Shown here piece by piece: positions 58,783 to 64,000 of a stretch of 64,000 bases of DNA (within the stretch, counting starts at the first letter, position 1; every line of letters begins with the position of its first letter). This DNA is from Arenicellales bacterium (GTDB lineage Bacteria > Pseudomonadota > Gammaproteobacteria > Arenicellales > JAJDZL01), in contig CBDAUN010000001.1 of NCBI GenBank assembly GCA_965200645.1, positions 86,492 to 150,491 of the forward strand, written 5' to 3'. The notes under the pieces were generated by a model. The model did no database searches, was not told where the DNA came from, and saw nothing but the letters and a program-made list of their open reading frames with translations. A program made the position numbers and the translations under genes.

Positions 58783-60333
58783 CTAATCTAGTACAGCGTT
58801 TTCCTGCCCAGATTCAATTTCCGATTTTCGTCGGTCTACATATGTTTTTAATTCTTCGACTATTGCAGGATCAATGTACGGCGGCTGATGTTCCTTAAGC
58901 AGTGTCTTCCAGACATGGTTTGCACGCTGAGATGCGCTTAATGCCCCATCATCCTTCCAGGTCTCGAAATTACGCCAGTCTGACAATAGCGGCGAATAGA
59001 ACACATCCTCATAGCGCTTCATAGTGTGAGCTGACCCAAAAAAGTGACCGCCTGGTGGAATGTCCGCAATCGCATCTTGGGCGAGCGTGTCCTCGCTCAC
59101 CTCCATTGGCTTCAATAACTCTGCAAACATCTGCAGAATTTCTGCGTCAATGACAAGCTTTTCGAACGAAGCCGTCAGTCCTCCTTCAAGCCAGCCACCG
59201 CCATGCAGTATCAAATTGGCATGGCCAAGTACAGACGACCAAATTGACATGCTAGTCTCGTATGCTGCCTGTTCATCGGGAAGATTAGAGGCGTTTGAGC
59301 CACTAGTTCTCAGTGGCAAGTTATACCGCCGGGCCAACTGACCACTAGCCAAAGTTGTTTTCACGTACTCCGGCGTTCCAAATGCAGGAGAACCAGTACG
59401 CATATCAACGTTACTGGCAAAACTACCATAGACAACCGGCGCTCCAGGGTTGACCGCCTGAGTTAGTGCAATGCAGGCTAGTGCTTCGGCATTTTGCTGA
59501 ACTAAAGCTCCCGCCATGGTTGTTGGTGCCATTGCCCCCAACAGCGTAAACGGTGTCACCAACACCGGTTGATTCACCTTTGCGAGCTCAATCATCGCCT
59601 CTGCCATTGGGATATCAACCTGGCGTGGGGAGTTAACGTTGATGTTCCCAATCGTCACGGGCTGTTGCGCCAAGTCCTCGTACGCCATGCCATGGACGAT
59701 AGCAAGCATCTGTAATCCATCTTTAGCCCTAAAGGCCCCCAACATGTTAGTCATCCAGATACGATCGTGTGAAGTTATCGCGGCTAGGTACTTGTCCAGA
59801 TGTCGGGTTGAAGCTGGAAGATCCATTGGTTCGAATGGACTTGCGCCACAGAAGTGAAAAATTTCCAATTCTCCGGCAATTTTTAGAAAGTTGTAGAGAT
59901 CTTCCAACGTGCCACTACGCCTGCCCTTGTCAAAGTCCGTTACAAACGATGGTCCGCCAACAGTTGCAAAATTTATGGAGTTGTCTCCAACAGGAACACT
60001 GCGTTCATTGTTGCGTGCCTTTATTGTGAAACTGCCAGAAGTCGAGTCAATTAATGACATCACTAACTCAGGGTCAAATCGAACCATCTGCTCCGACTCG
60101 TCCACCTCTGCTCCTTTGGCACGAAAGATTTCTCGTGCCTGAGAATTTAGAAACTTAATCCCAGCATCTCGCAGTACGTTTAGCGAAGTTTGATGGATTG
60201 CCTCTATTTGATCTTCTGAAAGAATCTTTACAGGTGGATAGGGGTTGAGTACTCTGCTCCATTTGGAAGGCTTTAGCGAATGCGATTCCCGCGTTCTTCG
60301 CTTTGACGAAGTTCTTCGCCGGCGTTCACTCAT
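58783..60333 (-). CDS. Trimethylamine methyltransferase (MttB) superfamily protein, non-pyrrolysine type (quaternary amine/glycine betaine methyltransferase-like)
   Basis: Continuous ORF with no internal TAG. It has an Arg-rich N-terminus (MSERRRRTSSKRRTRE) and an MttB-like TIM-barrel body (..GGPSFVTD.., ..GAMAPTT.., ..HGGGWLEGGL..). Start refined to ATG 60333. Confidence 0.78.
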   Translation of the reverse strand: MSERRRRTSSKRRTRESHSLKPSKWSRVLNPYPPVKILSEDQIEAIHQTSLNVLRDAGIKFLNSQAREIFRAKGAEVDESEQMVRFDPELVMSLIDSTSGSFTIKARNNERSVPVGDNSINFATVGGPSFVTDFDKGRRSGTLEDLYNFLKIAGELEIFHFCGASPFEPMDLPASTRHLDKYLAAITSHDRIWMTNMLGAFRAKDGLQMLAIVHGMAYEDLAQQPVTIGNINVNSPRQVDIPMAEAMIELAKVNQPVLVTPFTLLGAMAPTTMAGALVQQNAEALACIALTQAVNPGAPVVYGSFASNVDMRTGSPAFGTPEYVKTTLASGQLARRYNLPLRTSGSNASNLPDEQAAYETSMSIWSSVLGHANLILHGGGWLEGGLTASFEKLVIDAEILQMFAELLKPMEVSEDTLAQDAIADIPPGGHFFGSAHTMKRYEDVFYSPLLSDWRNFETWKDDGALSASQRANHVWKTLLKEHQPPYIDPAIVEELKTYVDRRKSEIESGQENAVLD

Positions 60334-61408
60334 GGGACGGCAACTGTTGATTAGCTCGGAAGGCAGAGTAGGTTGATATACGCTATCAATAATTATTATA
60401 TAGAATCGCACCTAAAGGTGCTTGTCAGACACAGCACGAGAGAGTTTCCCGTTTGTAATTAATCTACAATTTTAAAGTCGATATTTCGCCCAATCGGATC
60501 CGATATGGAAGGAATACCGGCGAGTCATTCGTGCGATTTTTGTGAGCATTGTCGGGTCCGGCGCTGATGGGTCGTCGAACAGTGCCGATGGGCGGCAATG
60601 TGCAGATAAAGTGCACGCTTGGCGGTGTCGCTCCTTTCGGGCGATGACAGTGATTAGGCCGGTTGCGTGTCAGGTCACAGAGCTCATCGAACAAGTACCA
60701 GGAAAACAGCGTATCATTGATCATGGCCGCACCGGATTGGCTGTAGTTTGTGAATTCGAGTGTTCACGCTACTCGAAACGCCCTGAGCATGCGGCATTTG
60801 ATTAAGCAGTATCAATCGCTTAAGTGTTTGATAGTGGCGCCTTTGGAGGTTGTGGGGTGGTTTTTGTGAGGCAGCACCGAAAACCGCCTAAAAGCCTGGT
60901 CAAAAGCCCATTTTGTGGGGTAAACGAAAGATTAACTCATTGAAAACAACAGTCACATCATCACGCTATAGCACCCGAAACCCTCTCATATTTGGGTTCA
61001 CTGATAACTTCGAATCACTGTCAAACATTGTTTTTTTCATGATAGAGATTAACTGACTTCAGATTTCGACACTCAGTTGTGCTAGTTCGGTGAATTGAAG
61101 GCTTGATTCAAAAATCGCTACAAACTAAAAGGTTTACAATGTCACTGAGTGATGGACCATCACGGCAGGACAGAAACGACGGAAGTTCTTGAACCGCCCT
61201 GACACTTAAAGATACAGGCTTAGGTACTTTAATTGTTGCATGGTGGCCATGGGTGTCGCACTCGGATTCATTGCGTTCGACTTTGTGTGCATCGCGGCTG
61301 AGTTGTTTTACTGCAGATCATGCAGTCGTGGCATGTTTTGATAGTTCGGCATGGTCCAGCGCAACCTTTGACGTATAGCACAGTCATCAAACCACCCGGA
61401 GAGTTAAA

Positions 61409-62368
61409 TTGAGTGTAACCACCAAGCCAGGCAATCCTGCTACGGGCAGGCCGTATCATGATTTGTTTTTCAAAAGCGTCTTAGCGTCGTTTCCGGAGTT
61501 TCGCAAAGAACTGGTCGAACTGTCACTGCCCGATGCGTTACGGTTGGAACTTGACACTGATCACATTGATTATCAAACCGAGATCTTAGGCAGTGCATGG
61601 CAGGTGGAACTTCGTCCTGATGGATTGATGTCGATGAAGATCAACCAGGCCAGCGAAGCAGATCCCCGGGCACAGTTCGTGTATGAATTCAAAAGTCATC
61701 CGGACCCGCAGACGCTGGCTCAGGTGGCACGGTATATGTACAGTGTCGGCTATGCGCATCCTGATGCGTTGGTGATGGCCGTAGTGGTGTATCACGGTGA
61801 ACAGCACTGGAACTTCGATACCACGCATCCTGTTGCGTTGAAACTGTCGTCCGAGGAACTTCGAAAGTACGATGCCAAGTCACTGCACATTCGAGCGCTG
61901 TTTGTCAATTTAATGGACGAGTTAGTTCAAAGAAGAGCAAAGGATTTGAAGTTTGCCCCGGTATTCTATATTCTTACGCATATATGGCATTTAGATGATG
62001 CTGTGGTGGGCCAGATGTTGCGACTGGCGTCTGAAAGGTTATATGGCATGGTGGGTTACGAATTACTGTATGCCTCGATGGTGGCATATGTATGTCAGCG
62101 GGACCCGAAATATAAAGATCGAGAGCGACTGATGAAAATAGAACAGTTAAATGTTGAACGGGACAAAAGAATCATGAGCAAAATGTTGCCGATATTAGAT
62201 GAATACGCAAGGCAAGACAGGCAAGAAGGCATACAGAAACGAAACTGGGAGTTTGCAGAGAGTTTAATACGCGACAATTTAGACGATTCTTTTGTTGTCA
62301 AGCACAGTGGTCTATCGCCGGATGATGTTTCCGAGTTGCGGCATAAGTTGAACGGAGCGGGTTCGTAA
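61409..62368 (+). CDS. Rpn (YhgA-like) family recombination-promoting nuclease / putative transposase (PD-(D/E)xK)
   Basis: 319 aa. N-terminus ..YHDLFFKSVLASFPEFRKELVELSLPDAL.. and core ..RPDGLM...FVYEFKSHPDPQTLAQVARYM.. fit the Rpn/transposase_31 pattern as I recall it. TTG start. Confidence 0.7.
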   Translation: MSVTTKPGNPATGRPYHDLFFKSVLASFPEFRKELVELSLPDALRLELDTDHIDYQTEILGSAWQVELRPDGLMSMKINQASEADPRAQFVYEFKSHPDPQTLAQVARYMYSVGYAHPDALVMAVVVYHGEQHWNFDTTHPVALKLSSEELRKYDAKSLHIRALFVNLMDELVQRRAKDLKFAPVFYILTHIWHLDDAVVGQMLRLASERLYGMVGYELLYASMVAYVCQRDPKYKDRERLMKIEQLNVERDKRIMSKMLPILDEYARQDRQEGIQKRNWEFAESLIRDNLDDSFVVKHSGLSPDDVSELRHKLNGAGS

Positions 62369-63010
62369 AGAACCGGAATGTCTTTGATTTGCCGTGCCTA
62401 TCCTTTGAATAGTTAACTCGATATGATTGACGCTAGGCAAAGACATATTGTTTGACTTCCGACATTTTCACTTGTGAGTCATTGGTTTAAAAGAACCACA
62501 AGTCAAAATGAGCACTACATGGATCGCTCGGATGCCAGGAAGAAAACAGAAGATCTAACGACTCGCTGGAGACGATCGTCCTTTGGGGAGCGCAAAGGGG
62601 GCCGAGATCCAGGTTAATCCTCAACACCGATAGATGCGTTTGGCTTCTGCTGTCGCCCGACTCGGCATGACCTATTTGTCAGAGGTTCCCGGGCGACGTA
62701 AGATACTCGCGACACTCGCCCACATCTACTCGCAGTTGCTCAGATCTTTTAGCATGCCGGGCGTGAGTCAGCATCCGGGCATTAATATTTTCAAAATGGT
62801 TAAGTGAGACATTCCAAGATAGCACTCACTTCAGACAAAAACTATCAAACTGACTTCATAATCATGCAGCATTTTTAATGTTTCCCGATAATGAGGTCGC
62901 TTACAAAAGGTTAGTGAGGTGACGATGGTCTGACGAGAGGTTGAATTGGCAGCGTGGAAAGTGTCATAATTAGAGGTGATAAATCGCATTCAGGAGTAAT
63001 AAATAGTTTG

Positions 63011-63796
63011 ATGGAAAGTCAGATCCACTTTGGTGATTGTTACGATGTAATGAAGTTGATGCCGTCAAATTCCGTTGACCTAATTGTCACTTCACCACCC
63101 TATGCTGACGCGAGAAAACATACCTACGGTGGCATTAATCCGGAGGAATATGTTGAATGGTTCTGTTCGCGTGCTGAGGAAATGCACCGAATTCTGAAGC
63201 CAACCGGTTCATTTGTACTGAACATTAAAGAAAGATGCGAGGATGGCGAAAGACACACTTATGTTCTTGAATTGATCCTCGCACTAAAGCATGAAGTTGG
63301 CTTTCGCTGGGTGGAGGAGTATATCTGGCACAAGAAAACTTCTGCGCCAGGCCGCTGGAAATTCCGATTTAGAGATGCTTGGGAACGGATTTTACATTTC
63401 AGCAAGACTAAGGACATCAAGATGCGCCAGGAATCGGTGAGGGTGCCAATAGGAGACTGGACGGAAACTCGATTACGGAATATGAGTGATAACGATAGGG
63501 AACGGCGGGAATCCTCAACCAATTCAAAGATTGGCAGAAGAATTGAAGCGTGGGAAGGACGGAAAATGGTGTTCCCTTCGAACGTTCTACACAACTCTCC
63601 AGTGTGTCACAACACTGGACACAGTGCTGCGTTTCCCGAATGGTTGCCAGAGTTCTTCATCAATTTATTCACGGACGAAGGTGATGTTGTTCTGGACCCG
63701 TTTCTCGGGTCTGGTACGACTTGTCGTGTAGCCAATCGGATGCACAGGGTAGCCTTGGGCATTGAATTGAACCAAGGGACCAAAATTGCAGTTTAG
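63011..63796 (+). CDS. Site-specific DNA methyltransferase, beta-class amino-MTase (N4-cytosine or N6-adenine)
   Basis: Motif IV DLIVTSPPY comes before motif I VLDPFLGSGTT, which is the beta-class order. HSAAFPEWLPEFFI precedes motif I. ATG 63011 (MESQIHFGDC..) is preferred over the track GTG 62954. Confidence 0.8.
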   Translation: MESQIHFGDCYDVMKLMPSNSVDLIVTSPPYADARKHTYGGINPEEYVEWFCSRAEEMHRILKPTGSFVLNIKERCEDGERHTYVLELILALKHEVGFRWVEEYIWHKKTSAPGRWKFRFRDAWERILHFSKTKDIKMRQESVRVPIGDWTETRLRNMSDNDRERRESSTNSKIGRRIEAWEGRKMVFPSNVLHNSPVCHNTGHSAAFPEWLPEFFINLFTDEGDVVLDPFLGSGTTCRVANRMHRVALGIELNQGTKIAV

Positions 63797-64000
63797 AACA
63801 AGCCAAGGGTATAGTCTAAATTGGATCAAGGAAGAAGATTTTCTACAGGCAACCAATAACCTTCTATTATCAAGCAGCAACGCCGTAAAAAAGGCGAGAC
63901 AAAGAAGAAAAGTTAATGTAGTTGATCCATTCGCATCTCTGCTTATGGCTTCCACATTTAAACTAACCGACCCAAACCAGTTGAACATTTTTCAAGATGC
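63786..64000 (+). CDS. Candidate cognate restriction endonuclease (5' part only; runs off right edge)
   Basis: Own translation of the frame opening at TTG 63786, which overlaps the MTase stop: LQFRTSQGYSLNWIKEEDFLQATNNLLLSSSNAVKKARQRRKVNVVDPFASLLMASTFKLTDPNQLNIFQD.. It stays open to the window end. The functional call rests on position only. Confidence 0.3.
   Translation, partial: MQFRTSQGYSLNWIKEEDFLQATNNLLLSSSNAVKKARQRRKVNVVDPFASLLMASTFKLTDPNQLNIFQD

Noticed and set aside
61240-61341. 33-codon ORF encoding a hydrophobic peptide (MVAMGVALGFIAFDFVCIAAELFYCRSCSRGMF) upstream of the Rpn gene. Is it a type I toxin-like peptide?
   Set aside because: There is no Shine-Dalgarno, no evident antisense RNA or promoter structure, and the region looks like degraded DNA. 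Too speculative without conservation or Ribo-seq data.

Overview
The window looks like a chromosomal segment of a marine-type gammaproteobacterium. That assignment is an inference from synteny (pdxA-rsmA, glnA-ntrB-ntrC, metK-ahcY, rpmB-rpmG / coaBC-dut-grxC, glyQS...plsC) and from gene content; the GC content looks mid-40s by eye. About 60 protein-coding genes are supportable. Most are housekeeping or nutrient-uptake and osmolyte-catabolism genes: a TRAP transporter next to lutAB, a TctABC transporter with a ROK regulator, a polar amino-acid ABC transporter, a DmdA-like aminomethyltransferase, a non-pyrrolysine MttB-family methyltransferase, and a putative hydroxyproline/proline-betaine-type cluster. 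I found no rRNA, tRNA or CRISPR array. Six accessory or decayed patches interrupt the core. (1) 7.86-8.88 kb holds a transposase tail remnant and a broken small ORF. (2) 19.06-20.11 kb is an ORF-free kilobase with a 14-bp tandem duplication. (3) 20.9-25.65 kb holds a single-gene NERD-nuclease/SF1-helicase fusion, the dmdA-like gene and two pseudogenes. (4) 29.9-33.3 kb holds an orphan 330-aa gene, 0.8 kb of AT-rich ORF-free DNA, and an overlapping PP-loop thiolase-like/TusA pair. (5) 51.9-54.2 kb holds a DEDDh exonuclease-repeat-BRCT protein and an HNH endonuclease directly downstream of rpmBG. (6) 60.4-64.0 kb is an island with a GC-rich ORF-poor stretch, an Rpn/YhgA-like PD-(D/E)xK nuclease and a type II-like methyltransferase followed by a candidate endonuclease that runs off the edge. 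A fused glyQ-glyS gene (1032 codons) and a P-loop ATPase/divergent MetA pair are further oddities. I did not find an unambiguous novel multi-gene system. The best candidates for a second look are the NERD-helicase, the PP-loop/TusA pair, the exonuclease-BRCT protein, the ATPase/MetA-like pair and the right-hand island. Several starts are refined relative to the supplied ORF track. Two genes are absent from the track: rpmG, which at 59 aa is shorter than every listed ORF (shortest 60 aa), and an edge-truncated substrate-binding protein.
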